This document shows positions 17,201-30,706 of a stretch of DNA of 64,000 nt, one piece after another. The stretch is taken from the NCBI RefSeq assembly GCF_964355755.1, contig NC_092673.1, positions 15,348,948-15,412,947 on the forward strand, in the 5' to 3' direction. Numbering within the stretch: position 1 is the stretch's first letter; every line of letters starts with the position of its first letter. Under the pieces are notes generated by a model. It ran no database searches. It was given only the letters and a program-made list of their open reading frames with translations, and was not told the DNA's origin. Made by a program: the position numbers and the translations under genes. The DNA comes from Antedon mediterranea. Lineage: Eukaryota > Animalia > Echinodermata.

Positions 17201-20200
17201 ATGCAGGAGATGGCAGCTGAAAAGCAACTGAAAATGATAGAAGCGCTGGGGAAGATGATGAAACCAACTGTGCCACAACAACCATATCCACAACAACCAT
17301 ATCCACAACAACCATATCCACAACAACCATATCCACAACAACCATATCCACAACAACCAAGCACCAACCCCCAAACATATGCTCAGCCACATTTTTACTC
17401 TGGGCTATTGGGACAATCCGAACGACCACATGAACAAACCGAACAAAAAGACCTCCACCAACCATGGTAAATGACGTCAACCTACTGCAGACAAGTGTTA
17501 TATTTTAGTCTAACAACTCTTTTGTGTACTTTTGATTTTTTTTCATTTAATTTTCTGCATTTTTGTGTCTTTGAAAGTATATTACCTGTATTGTGCATAT
17601 TGTGTATGTATTTTAGTTTTAGCTTTCACAATATTTTCAGTTTAAACTCGCCAATATACATATTATTGTTTACTTTTTGCGATATTGAAAATCTTTGTTT
17701 TAAAAAAAAACCGCTTTATCGTTGAATGTTTTTATTTGTGGTTTTTTTCATAGTTCGCATAAACACCAAATTCTGCAATATATTCAGCAATAAACTCTGC
17801 ATCAGTATTCTCTCAATGCAATCAGCTCCTGTAGAGTATTTATATGTTTTATGATGATATCTATACTGTATTTATATTATACTGTAATAAATGTTTTTTT
17901 ACAAATGATAACTGTAAACTCCTATGTTTTTTTATGGTTTCCTAGGATACAAGTTTTTGTATAGAATGATAGGGTGTTTTGTTATGGATAAAGCCAAAAA
18001 AAATAAAGAAATAAGTATTCGGTATCAAAACACATTTAATTTCTTGATTTCACTAAAGACAAAAGGGTTCAATTTACTCCTGGAAGTACCGGACAATTGC
18101 ATTTCGAATGTCAATTTCTGACACCACCTCATTAGCATTTCTGAGAGGTTCGGCTGGAGGTTGGTTTGCATCATCAACATCCCACTCGGGGTTATACACC
18201 TCTCCTTCCGCTATACAGAAATTGTGGAGGACACAGCACGCCACAACCATATTTGGAACATGCCTAAGCGCACTGTCATTTCTCTTCATTAAAATTCTCC
18301 AACGTCCTTTCAGCATTCCAAAACTGCGTTCAATGACCATTCGTGCACGTGATAACCTGTAGTTGAATGTTCTTTGGTCTCGTGTAATATTTTCTCGTTC
18401 TGGGAACCCTTTCATGAGCCATGATTTAAGTGGGTATGCAGGATCTCCAAGGATCAACAAAGGCACCTCAATGCCGCTTATAACTTCATTTTGCTATAAA
18501 AAAAAAATTAGTATATCCAACAATCATTTTAGTTACAACTCGTACTTCTATTCTTTGTCACCTAAACTAGCTACGGTACTGCTATTATATTATATATATA
18601 TATTAGTACTGTCTTACCATTGGAAAAAGCTGTCTATTCTCTCCCTTTTCAAATATGTCACTGTTACGCAAAATCCTCGCATCATGTACACGACCAGGCC
18701 AGCCCACATATATGTTTGTAAAGCTAAAAACATAAAATATTATAAAAGTTATCCTCATCGAAAAAAAATCAATACAAATTTAATCTAGGCCTATACCTGT
18801 ATACATAAAAAACTAATTTTTAGATCATGCATAGACTTACCGTAACATATGGTCTGCAACAGCTTGTAGCACAATAGAATGCCATCCCTTACGGTTATAA
18901 TAATCATTTGGCCTGTCGTGGGGTGCGATAATTGGTATGTGACTACCGTCTATTGCCCCAACACACTGGGGGAAACCAAGAAACTGGCGAAAGGAATGTA
19001 CAGTTTCTGCCAAACGTTGGCCTTCAGGCCACACAATATATACTGGCTGCAAGAACTCCACTATAGCTTTACATACTGAGTGAACAACTTCACACACAGT
19101 TGAGCGTGAAACACCAAATAAATTGGCAATTGTTCTTAAGTCACAGTTAGTTGAGAGTCGGTACAACGCTATTCCAACTAGTTTTTTTGTTGGAATATTT
19201 CTGTTAAATGGGTTGTCTTGTCTTCCAATATGAGGCTCTAAAATGTCGACCAAATAGTTAAATGTAGCCTGCCCCATTCTAAAATTCTCTCGCCACTGTC
19301 TGTTGTTAAAGTTGCCTAACACACAAACGTTCCACCAATGACCAGATTTAAATATTACTGTCCGCCTTTGCCTAGGCCCTTCTTGTTGAAACATTGCTTC
19401 TCTACACGCCGCAAGCGTCAGGGCTAGCCGCTCTTGGCCGTGTGTATGCAGCCTTTGTAGTAGGCCTAGGTAATCATCATCATCATCGTCTTGCCATCCA
19501 AATTCGAATCCACTAGGCCTAGGTTGGAATACATCGTCCATCATTAGTATAAAAGCCGTCAACAAACAACATACGTTAGCAGGATTTTCGATCATTATTT
19601 AGTTAAAAAGTAAATTGTATTCGATGTATTATTATATAGGCTAGGTCTGTTTGTCGATTGAAAAATAATAATTGAACGATTCGCGCGCGAAACGACATGC
19701 AATATCCGGTTGAATTTGTCAACACGCCATGTCAAATGATATGGGTCGACGCACAGAGGGCGCTTTTTGACCTATGAATTCCGATCTTAATTGGTTTCGT
19801 GTCAGCTTACCGGTACTTTGTTTATTCGTACGAACGTCGTATGGGTTTTACCCCAAGGGTAAAAACCAAATAAACGTGTATTTCAATCGCCGTACGAACA
19901 CGGTCATTGATACGCTGCACATAAACGCCCATTATAGCTGCCTGTAGATTTGAATGTTTACATAAACCAGTATATCTACATCATGATGTTTACAGAAAGG
20001 TGCTTTTCCCACAAACATAAAGGGGAAAATCGTCATAAAGATAATATTAAAGGCTAGGTACGGGCAAAATATGTCTATTGATCATACATTCCAATAATTA
20101 TCGATCTATAGTTTCCCCTATGTTTCATAATTTTTGGTATTTTATTTGTGTTACACGAAATTGTTGAAAATAAGGGGGAGGAATAGTTCAAATTACACAG

Positions 20201-23200
20201 TAAAATCTCAATTCTTTTTTACACAAATGTTGTAAATAGAGAGGCAATTAAATAAAAACTATGAAAAATAAACGGTGTGGTAAAAAGTTAAATTGTTATC
20301 AGATGACTAAATATAGGTAATATAACTTGAATTTTACGTTTCTGGTATTTTTATTTAACTTCAGAGTTTTATTTTCATCCTACAGCAAAAATTATCCACC
20401 GTAAATCCACCATCTTTTTTCACATTCTAAGGAGTCACCAGACATGATGATATTACATACCTACTGAAAAAAGTCTTCCTGGTTTTTATAGCAGAATTTT
20501 GCCAAATTTTTTATTTGACCATTTTAAGGAAAATTCGTGTTTTTTCGTCTTGATTTCTATTACAAATATTTGATTTATTTACAATTAACCAGATATTATA
20601 TATTTAAAACTTATGCCTGTACCTGAGTTTTAAGGCTTGTTAAAAATACATCATCCTGCTGATCTCTAGTTAAAAACGGGGGATGGACAAATTTGAACAC
20701 CACCCATCATGGCTACGGGCTTGTAAAACGTATAAGCTTATCTTTTAACATTATATAGGCTACTACGGTATATCACATGGTATTATTTTAGTTGAGTACA
20801 AAGAATGAGCACTTTGCAAACGACAGCGTGTGAACAGCAAAATCCCCAGGAATTTCACTTAATTTGATTGACCTACAATAAATAAATTTAACCCAAGTAG
20901 ATTCAGAAGTAATTTTTCTAAATCCTCGTTTCGTTTTTTTTTATTAGCCTATATGTCGCGGAGTGAATATGCTAGATGTTATATATTGTACCGTATCCGT
21001 TATATTTATTTATACTGTACGGTAATTGCGTGTTTAACATGGAGGTTTACCTGCATGCTTAGAAGGAGTTACAGAAGTCTAGCTTATTTCCTTCAATCTT
21101 GGACGTTTTTGAATGCTTACGTATGAACATAATTAAATTAGTACAGTATACCAATTCTCCAGCAAACAGGGAGCCAGGGTCCAAAGCCCCATCAACCCCA
21201 ACACTCAAACGTTTCTGAACAAACTAGGAGCCTAGGATGATTGATTAAACGATTGAAAAAACCACATCCAAGACGTCATACTGTAATATGTGTAAACTGT
21301 AAAACAGAAACAGAACATATTTAAAATATACAGTATTATTACGAAAGCAAAACAGTTTTACTAATTTGTTTGAGTTGTTTTAGAACAAGGTCACACACTA
21401 GTATAAATTTATATTCTTTGTGAATCTGTTTTAGTCTTCAAATAGTGTAGGCCTCGTAATAATGTCATGTTTATCGTTTACCGTCAGACGAAATATTCTC
21501 CCAAATGTATACACGTTTTATGAAAGGTTGTATTTAATTATTTGACTACAAATCACATCACACTAGTAAATATTTCATATGGGCTTTTAGAATTATCTGG
21601 GGATATTAAATATTCGAAATCTCGCAACCTCCCCTTAAATTAATATTATTTTTAATGATTTATATTGAAGTACCGTATATGTAATTTATAGAATACAAAT
21701 TTATGTATTCATTGAATTATTCAATTTCAATTCTAGTTTTCTTTACTTGACTTCAAGAAAAACAAAGCGAGATATTTCGCATGACCGCTTTTGTTTTGTT
21801 TTTTTTTTTTTTTTTCAGTTTTGGGACAGCTCCAAATCTGAAAATAATTGGAAATATGTTGTTATGTTTTTAAGCGGATGATTCAATGTTTGATTCGTTA
21901 ATAATAATTTAATTTATAACTGTAGGCCTAGTTATGGAGTTTTTTTTAAAGGAAGTACATTATCAACACATACGTTTTGTTATGCTGAAGCTTTCGATGA
22001 GTTTGTAACATCGTTTCCTTATAGACCAGCACAATCATACAAACATTCATAAAGGGTTATCCTCTGTTATACAATAACAGTATAGTGACCTACCAACCAA
22101 TCATTTGATGATCTGAATTTTCTAGTTCCATTCTGGAACTCGAAAAGTCAGATATTGCTATCTGAGTTTTCTAGATCTAGAAACTCAGATATATCTGATA
22201 TCTGAGTTTTTTAGATCTGAGTTTTCTAGACACCCTTTAGTTTCTGTATGTTTTGTTAATTTCAAATTATAATGTATTGTGTATAGCAATAAATATTACA
22301 AACAAACAAATAATAAATTAAACGTGTTGGGCAGTATGTAAAATACATCTTTGTAACTCAAATGAACATATACATAAAATAGCATTTAAATAAAGTAGAA
22401 CAAATCTGAACACAAGGGTAACATTGCATTCAAACTACACTCCAAAAATAATTCATTGTGTACGTTTTTGCCAGACGCTGGCATGTCTATATTCAGAGCT
22501 TTGTTTTCCTACGGCAATATTATCATATGATATAATGCAATGTACGGAAATACAAGCTTCAGTAATCCCCTATACACACCCTGCTGTGGGAATACTTAAG
22601 GGTTAACTAGCCAAGTTTGTATGTTTTGTTGTTTTCTTGTCATTTTACGGCGAGGGCATACAAACACGGTTCCTGTGGCATCCTAACAATTCTAGAATTA
22701 ATTTTACGTTAAATTGTACGTTTACAATATATATGGGCAGGCGTGTATGGGTGTTTTTGGAGCCTCATATACTTGGTTGAAATACAACAAAAAACCTTGT
22801 GTTATTATAACTACCAATGCCGTTTTTAATTGCAAACTCTGATGAACTTTTCAATCAATTTATTTAATATCTTAGTTATTAATAGTCTAGTCACGTTGTG
22901 TGAGCGACATTTGCGTCACCACGCATCATCCAGCGCGTCACTGTGTTTAAGTTGGCAGTCAACACATGCATGTGGCAAAATATATTTGTTTATGCTGATA
23001 TAATTAAGTTAATACAATCATACGATTAACAGTAACAACTTTTAGTTTCATATTTTGGCCATTGATTCACATTAAATCTAAAGAAGCAGGTCATCCTCTA
23101 TATTTTGGATATGACTCAATTTTGTTCAAATTTTTTTCGTCGTCTATAAATATTATGTCTATTTATGTTTATTTTCGGATAGTACTGTGCAGTACGGTAT

Positions 23201-26200
23201 ATTACCTGAACGTTATTGGTCGAAATTGCATCACATGACTACCGATCCGCGGATCGATACTTATATTACCTGGAACTTGTTATATTGACCGGGAAATATA
23301 ACACGTCTACCTTACAGCCCTTAATTAATGTGCCAAGCAAAACTTTCCATTTTAAAGTTGACTAATACAATTTCTTGAATCTTGAATGTAATAATTGTTA
23401 TGGGTTTCAAATATAATATAATATAATAATATAATAATAATATTTATTCGGCAAAAGTTGTTAAAAGTACGTTTTACATTTCATCTTGACAGGAGCAAGT
23501 AATAAGCATGAGCCCAAACAGAAAACTGCTCTTACTCCATCATTATTATAAAAAGTATTTACTAAAAAAAAAAGGAGTAGGCCTACAAATTAATTAAAAA
23601 CAAAACAAAACAAAGTTATAATGAAATACACCAATTAGAATAGGCTGCATTGAATAAACAATATAAACAATGTAGTATTTTGAGATCAAATGTTTGGTGA
23701 GTTGGGTTTTAAAGTCTGAAATTGTTTATTAATGTGGTAATTTATGTAATATTGTGATTAACTTATGATTAATTTGGGGTTTTTTTTCTATGCAGTCGTA
23801 TGGAGCTCTTCTATTGATCGTCGTGTTTTGTATGCTTCTTTTATTGCATCAAATGTACACGGATGATTTTATGTCACCATTATCTAGAAGTGCAACCCAC
23901 AAATCCCGCGAGTATGTACGGTGGTTGAAGAAATCCGAACAAGAAGTTAGTATTTTCAAGATGTTTTTACTCCTGTAATTTAGGGCCTATTCAGACTTAG
24001 TTACTTACTCGTGTAAGTAGGTTACCACCAACCAAAGTTAGCGGTAATATTGATCCATGAAACCAGATTTGCGGTTGAATAACTAAGCGGATACAGACAT
24101 GTAGTTATTATGTATGTGCCTCCATTTTTGAATGGGAAAATACAACAAATACAGGTAACAAGGTTCAAACTTATCCTGAGTGCTAAAATTGGCGAAGGTA
24201 GGCTAATTTGGGCTAATTATATAATTATGCATGCCTGGCTTAAGTATTTTAAATATATAGGCCAACCTGAAAGAATTAATGAAATACAGATTAATTAATG
24301 AGATAAGTGACGTAAAACGATATTAACCATGTCTCATTGCTATCAACTTCAATTAGTATAAAAACAGAATTATATTACCGTCGACGTCAATATGATATTG
24401 AAATGGCCCAGTCTGTCAGTGTCTGTCTTATATTAGAACAAAAATGAAAATAGGAGAATTTGACACGGATTATATTGATAATACCATGTGACAAAGAAAT
24501 GAACCAATGCAATTTATGTTTTTTCATAAGTGAAAACCAAGAAAACAGTCGCCGTCTTCGTCGGAACTGTTGCTTGTCATTAGTCAACTCGTTTTCGTTG
24601 CGTAGACTACGTCCTTGCGTACGCAATACGACACGTTGCGTCAATACGTCGCTGCGTTGCGTTGCGTCCTAGTGGGAACCAAGCTTAAAAGGTCACGTCA
24701 CAACTCCTGTCGTACGATTTAAAAGGGCCATTGGGTCTGATCAATACAAATTTAATACTTGTTTGTTTTTGTTCTTTTCAGATCAGAAATTTGATAACAC
24801 ATCAGTATAATTCAACATACAAAAATCCATGTTGGTACAACAACGGCAGTCTTACCTGTCTGCCTTACTTTTATTTAGCGGGAATGCCTAAGTGCGGTAC
24901 CACGGACTTATGGTCAAAAATCACACAACATCCACACATAACTGCCTGCGGCTGGAATCCAGCCATGCGGGCAACTACTTTATGTAGAAAAGAACCGCAT
25001 TTTTGGGGGAAGCACAGATTCAGTAAGTTAAATTACATTACATAATTATTTGAATAATAATTATTATTATTTTGCAAATGAAGGTTATTTTTAGTTAGGC
25101 CTGGCCATGCTTCAAATGGAACCATCACTCATTAGGCACATTTCCGAAATATTTCAATAATAATGAATGTTTGTCTATTGCTGAAGCTAGATAATATAGG
25201 CCTAACGCAGTAGTATCTCTTTCCTGAACAGTCTAGCTTATAATTAAATTATGTGTTCACTTCTTTTGTTTTCATCAGCCAACTAAATACTGAGTATATT
25301 TCTTATGCTTTGTATGCGTTTTGTGTATTTTTTTAAATTTTTTTTTTTTTGGTACACGGTGTTTTTTTTTAACACATTTTTTTTTAACACAGTTAGCCTA
25401 TTTGGGTTTTTTTGTACACAGTGTTTTTTTTATAACAAGCCACATTTTTATTTTGGACACAAATTGTGCAATAAATTCAACTCGGCTTCGGGCAATAGGA
25501 CATTCTGACTAATGAGGGGTCATGAATTAGTAGTTTGTGGACCTTATGAGTATGACTTAATAAAAAACTATTTTATGAAATTGGCATAGGATGTTGAGAC
25601 TCTATCTAAACCACATTGCATCCTTCAATACGAGATATAGAAGTTATCACATAATATTCAATAAGCGTTTTGGTTGTATTATTAATTAAACCATTTAATT
25701 GGTATTTTCATTACAGAATATGGTGAAACAATTCACAGTTATTTGAAACATTGGAAAAAATTTGCACAGCAACTTGAAGATAAAGCATTACCAGCATCGA
25801 AGCAGATTGTAGGTACGTATGAATCATCCCCCATGACTTTGGAATGTGAATCACAAATTAAACGTGCTGGGTCATCGTAATATCTAATACAATGTAGCAC
25901 GAAGTACTGATACAATAATATTATTAGCATACAGTAAGCATTGACATAGTGTAGTAAGTCCATGGTTTGAACAACATATGGTAAAGTGTAAGGGATGGCG
26001 CATAACTATCTCTGGGTTTGAGGGATTGCGCAGTAATGTTTCATGTTTGTATAAACGAAAAGAACACATATTCTGAACGGATATTAAACGGTTAATTAAC
26101 GGTAGGGCCTATATTAATTTCAATTTAACTCACTACTCAAGTTAGTAAATTACAGTTAGGCCTATTGGAATTGCCCAATAACAGCTCCCAGGTTGATTTC

Positions 26201-28670
26201 ATTTGTTTACAGAATTGACAAACATGATTTTACTTGAATCTTTGAAAATAATTCTAGGCATACCATCAGGTTTAATTGAAACACATCATGTATGTCAGTT
26301 TCAATTTAACACGTAGGTTCTCCCCAAACATACAATGGCGCACCACAGTCGGCCCAGCTAGAGTACATATACTTTGTACTCGGACTCAGCAGTAGCTGTA
26401 AGTCTTTCAAAAAGATTAACTTTGTTTTTTCTCTGTAGGCGATGGATCAGCATCAACGTTTTGGCAATTAACGTACCGTAACAACGTATCTTATCGCAAC
26501 GATCCTTTAGAATATACCACTGCTCAATTAATTCGATTCATTCAACCGCAGGCAAAATTTATCGTTATCTTTCGTAATCCATCTGAACGGTAGGAAACTA
26601 ATTCGTATTATTTCATCTTCTTATTATTTAATTTATAAGAATGACATGTGCATGTTATCACAATAAAACGTTACGAGTGTTATCTTCCTTCCATCATTTT
26701 TACGTCATCAATAGCAATAACAATATAGGCCTATAGTTTAACACAAAAACAGTATTGAAATTGTCATCATAAATCAAGATCATCACCTTTAATTTAAGGC
26801 CAATTTACACAGACGAGTGGTAATGGTAATACATATATAGAACATTTACACAAAGCGCGGTGAGGATGGGCGTTGAGGATAGATACAGATTCTACGTGGG
26901 ACAAGCTACGCGGTTTCCGCTTACCGTTACCGCTCGTCTGTGTAAAATTTGCCTTTATGCGTTATGATCATGTAGGCCTATATTATTATCATTCAACCAT
27001 CATCTACCACCCGTCAATCGTATCAATGGCATTGTTCATTAGCAACACTGCTGACATGTATGCCTATCATCATCATTATCGTCATCATCATCATTATTAT
27101 CATCATCATCTTCTTCTTCATCATTATTGTCATCTTCAAATGTACCATAAGGTTTACAAATTAGTTCCTTCTTAATATGATACAGAAGACAAATGCACAA
27201 AGTGATATTGCATGTTTCTATTAATGTTTTTTTTTTTATTTCAGATTATATTCGCAATATAATTATCAAAAAGATCGATCTATAAAGAGTGCAGATAACT
27301 TTCATGATTGCATAGTACATTCCATTGATAAAGCACATGTTCACATGAAAAATTTTACGCTGCGTGAAAGTGCCTACTTAAGGAGAAACGACGAAAGTCC
27401 ACTCTGGGTAAGTATCGACTTTTATTTAAGCTAGGTCCTCATTATAAAGCTACAGGTTTTTAATGTTGACCGTTTATTTCCGTATAATATATATTATAAG
27501 TCTAAAATCGAATAATAACAGTATACTTTACGTATGGGCAGCCATTAGGGCCATGATAGTAACAAAGAACAATGTAAAAAAACGACGAACAAACTAAAAA
27601 AATACAAATAAAAATAAAAATCAAAGAACAAATATAGAAAACAGAGAACTAAAACATCATAGGCCCTAATAGTCAAAAGTTAAACAACAAAGAATAATAA
27701 TGTTCAGCGCTTAGAGGTTTCATTACATTAGGCGCTATATAAATCCAGGATATTATTATTATTATAAGCAAACAACAACGGACCCTTTGGAAAATCAAAG
27801 GCCATGCTCAACAATCAAAGGAAAACTTGTCCTTTGATTTGTTTTCTATTTGATTTTGTATTTTTCTTTGTAGCTTTTTTAGTTTGTTCGTTGTTTTTTT
27901 ACATTGTTCTGTTTTAAATGTTTACTATTATGGCCGCCCATATTTAAGTACCCTTCATCATTTAAATTACTCTTGTTTTTGTCAACAGATCCCACGAATA
28001 TTCCTTGGATTTTATGATGTTTTCGTGACAGACTGGTTGCGTTCATTCCCTAGAAATCAATTTTTATTTTTACGCTTAGAAGATTGGAAGAAAGATTGTG
28101 TGAATATATTACCCGAAGTATTTGAGTTTTTATCAGTAGGTAAGTCGATGGTGTGTTTATATTTAGTTTCCAGGTAACCAGTTGAACGTTATTTTCTCGA
28201 ATTTAGGCCTACAAACATTACAATCGATAAAAATAGAACTGGTTTATCATAAAAAATATATACAATCAAAAGGGCACAGTTAGAAAACATATGTAAACTG
28301 ACTTTAATAGTATAGATATTTTTATAATTTCTATTTTGAATGTTGAAATGTCCATAATCCGTGACATTTATCCATTCTCAACTCCAAGAACTGAATGCTC
28401 ATACAACTACTAATATTATGATAATGTTCTTTTCTTTTTTTCTTTTTAATGTTCTTATCTTTTTTTAAATAAATTTTATTTTTATTTTCAGGCCCAATTT
28501 CAAAAGAAGATATAGCTATAGTGTGCAGGAATGAAGCAGAAAACGTGAATAAGTTAACCAAAGAGACCATGCTACCTCGGACTAAGCTCTTACTAGACGA
28601 GTTTTATCGTGCCAGCCTACAACGACTCGCATTTGAGCTTGACGACAACCGGTTCTTATGGAACGACTGA
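14223..28670 (+). CDS. CHST15: Carbohydrate sulfotransferase 15-like (GalNAc4S-6ST family), type II Golgi membrane protein, ~384 aa
   Basis: Exons 14223-14246 (inferred start, MGVKMIKR|GTAAGT), 23796-23945 (signal anchor), 24782-25022 (NPCW, CLPYFYLAGMPKCGTTDLW 5'-PSB, KEPHFW), 25717-25812, 26439-26589 (GDGSAST, IFRNPSER 3'-PB), 27245-27407 (RLYS), 27989-28139, 28492-28670 (MLPRTKLLLDEFY...DNRFLW); total 1155 nt in frame. First exon less certain; may be a lineage paralog. Confidence 0.88.
15778..17470 (+). CDS. Harbinger Myb/SANT-like (trihelix) DNA-binding protein, ~347 aa
   Basis: Exons 15778-16246, 16390-16482, 16758-16805, 17037-17470 (1044 nt, phase-1 introns). WSEAATVALISIWGD...QITNKCKNLKRQY...WPYFDEMNAIFG domain, KKRKV NLS-like, E/R coiled coil, (PQQPY)n tail. 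Confidence 0.9.
17273..17359 (+). repeat. Coding 15-bp tandem repeat CCACAACAACCATAT x5+ (PQQPY)
   Basis: Perfect tandem copies in last Myb exon. Confidence 0.95.
18074..19595 (-). CDS. Harbinger DDE transposase (HARBI1-like nuclease, DDE_Tnp_4), ~426 aa
   Basis: Exons 19595-18841, 18723-18618, 18493-18074 (1281 nt, no stops/frameshifts). FRM, HTH IANLFGVSRSTV, GAIDGSHI (D), YYNRKG, PGRVHDARI, LGDPAYPL (D), RMVIERSFGMLKGRW (E), CCVLHNF. Confidence 0.95.
20051..20629. mobile_element. Kolobok-type (TTAA) non-autonomous element, copy 1
   Basis: TTAA|AGGCTAGGTACGGGCA...TGCCTGTACCTGAGTT|TTAA; colinear copy at 58118-58657. Confidence 0.8.
26797..26954. mobile_element. Harbinger-type MITE
   Basis: TTA|AGGCCAATTTACACAGACGAG...CTCGTCTGTGTAAAATTTGCCT|TTA; partial copies ~43884-44000 and split ~61827-61885/62170-62204. 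Confidence 0.75.
27533..27942. mobile_element. Long-TIR foldback element (TATGG...CCATA termini, IS3EU-like) with nested SINE tail
   Basis: ~100-bp imperfect inverted arms; flanks TTTACG/TTTAAG (5/6); SINE tail 27696-27763 inside. Confidence 0.65.
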
Positions 28671-29051
28671 AAGCAATTTCATATATTTATTCCATTCTGC
28701 TAAACAATAACATATTCCTAGCTCGTACCGACTACATTTAAATAAATATAAATATATATTTCATATTTCATTTTCTACTTGAAGATAAATACAATAGTAA
28801 TATAATAATAATACAAAAAAAAAAGGTCCAGAGTGCGAGGTGATTAGATTATGCCTTAGTTAGGTCTACATTGAATTGGAAAATCAGTCTTTCATTCAGT
28901 ATATATTCAAATTGAATAGTTTTGTAGATTTGTATTTCTATAAAATTTAACAAGGTAACACGTTAGTTTATTATATAAACGGTTTTTATTTTTATATTAT
29001 TCCTTCATTTTGGAAGGTACGTGAGTGGCAAAAGCATTCAGAGAAAGATAA

Positions 29052-29350
29052 AGCTTTGTCTACAAACTTTATGTGACAAAACAAAATGTGATGTGCTCAT
29101 ATATGGGCATGATGATGTCATATCACTACCATATTTGGGCATATCACTGCCATATTTGAGCACATCACACTTTTTTTGTCGAACTAGTTTGATAGTGTAG
29201 ACATGAGAAGATAAAGCTCTGTCTACACTATGTGCCCATATATGGATATGATGATGTCGTATTACTAGTATATTTAGGCATATCACTGCTATATTTGGGC
29301 ACATCACACTTTTTTTTGTCAAACTAGTTTGATAGTGTAGACATGAGAGT
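29052..29350. mobile_element. AGCTCTGTCTACAC-family Harbinger-type MITE, tandem pair
   Basis: Two adjacent units with internal CATATCACTACCATATTTGGG repeats; same family at 32476, 37335, 50342. Confidence 0.75.
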
Positions 29351-30529
29351 TTAAGGGCAGTACACGTGTGGTGGTAATGCGGATGAATTTAGATGATGCG
29401 TACGTCATTACACGATGGCTTATTTATAAATCTTGCTGCTTGCATCAGAAACGTTATGCAATGACATGGCGAATAGCAAACCGGTTACAATTTGTATCTT
29501 AAATAAGTTATACGTTATTTCAAATCTTATTTAAGCTAAAGTTAAGATGGTTTGAGTTCGACAACCGGTCACAAGTAACACATAATATGCAACTTTTTCT
29601 ATGTTAAAATGAGAAATTCTGCAAAACGTATTTGTTATAACATTTTTTTTAAACTATTGATAAATTTCGAGAGAACAAATTAAATTTTGTTATTTAGATA
29701 ACATGGTGCATTATGGGTTCTTCTTGAATTTATTATTCACCGAAAATGTTACGCAACCCTATGGTTAGTCGTTTAGTGTACCTCAATTAATTTGACCAAT
29801 TGGTCACAGGTGATTGGTCAACTCGCTTTCGTTGCGCTTATGCGAATCAAAACTTGCTGAAAATGTGAAATTAAATCGGCAATAAATAAACTTGAAACAC
29901 GAAGATGAATAAAATGAGACTTCAGACTATTTTGTAGATTTAACTTCCGTAAAACACCTTTAAATTACTGTGTTTGAATACAAGTGAATAACTATTTATT
30001 CAACTTGTTTCACAAGGGTAGCTCGTGACATTGAAATAGCATTTTAAAAAAAAAACAATTTTTTTCAGGGGGACAATATCTTTATACTTCAACATTCGTT
30101 AAGTAGTCAACACGTACAGTATTGTTATGGTTTCCTAATGATAGGGGTCTTGGAAATGGTACGGTAACGGATCAATGGTTATTATTGGACAATTCGAAGT
30201 ACTGTAGGCCTATACTGTATACATAACATTTGTTTATACAAATAGTGCATAACCCGTTATTTCATCCGGCATGAAGCTAAATATCCGGAGTAATCAACAC
30301 GCAATAGACATTATGAGATTGGTTTTATTGAATTGTTTTCCTATACTATAACAAACACAGTATAATATAAACTTCCTTATTATAAAACTGGCTGGACTCT
30401 AGTGTAGGCCTACTAGTTATTGAAAATGAAGTTCATTGCTCTCTAAAATCGCATTCCTCCTGGTTTGGTCACACATACTCAGACGTCCCAAACCATCGTG
30501 GTGGATCCAGGATTTTGGTTAGACAGTAA

Positions 30530-30706
30530 AGCTTAGTTCACACTTTGTCCGGATTTTGACGAAAGAAGAAAAGAATCATGGAAATTGGGTGTACTTTTTA
30601 CGAATCATTTACACACTACACTCCGTTCAAAACGACCGCAAAACCTAACGCAGAGTTTGCGGTGGGGTAAAATCGTACCGAATATGAGCTCAATGTGAAC
30701 GTAGCT
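30530..30706. mobile_element. Harbinger-type MITE
   Basis: TAA|AGCTTAGTTCACACT...AATGTGAACGTAGCT|TAA. Confidence 0.7.

Larger units (their letters stand above)
15415..19905. mobile_element. Autonomous PIF/Harbinger DNA transposon (~4.5 kb), apparently intact
   Basis: Imperfect TIRs GGGCCCGTTCGGACGGGG / (rc) GACCGTGTTCGTACGGCG; flanks AAT / ATT; encloses convergent Myb/SANT and DDE transposase genes. Confidence 0.88.

Noticed and set aside
16933-17480. Antisense ORFs with GCCGY, WIWLL and VVVDM repeats
   Set aside because: Shadow frames of the PQQPY repeat in the Myb exon.
21151-21213. Antisense 63-nt exon-like segment
   Set aside because: Weak donor, no partner exons, no recognisable motif.
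26873-27175. His-rich 100-aa ORF
   Set aside because: MITE plus (CAT)n microsatellite in an intron.
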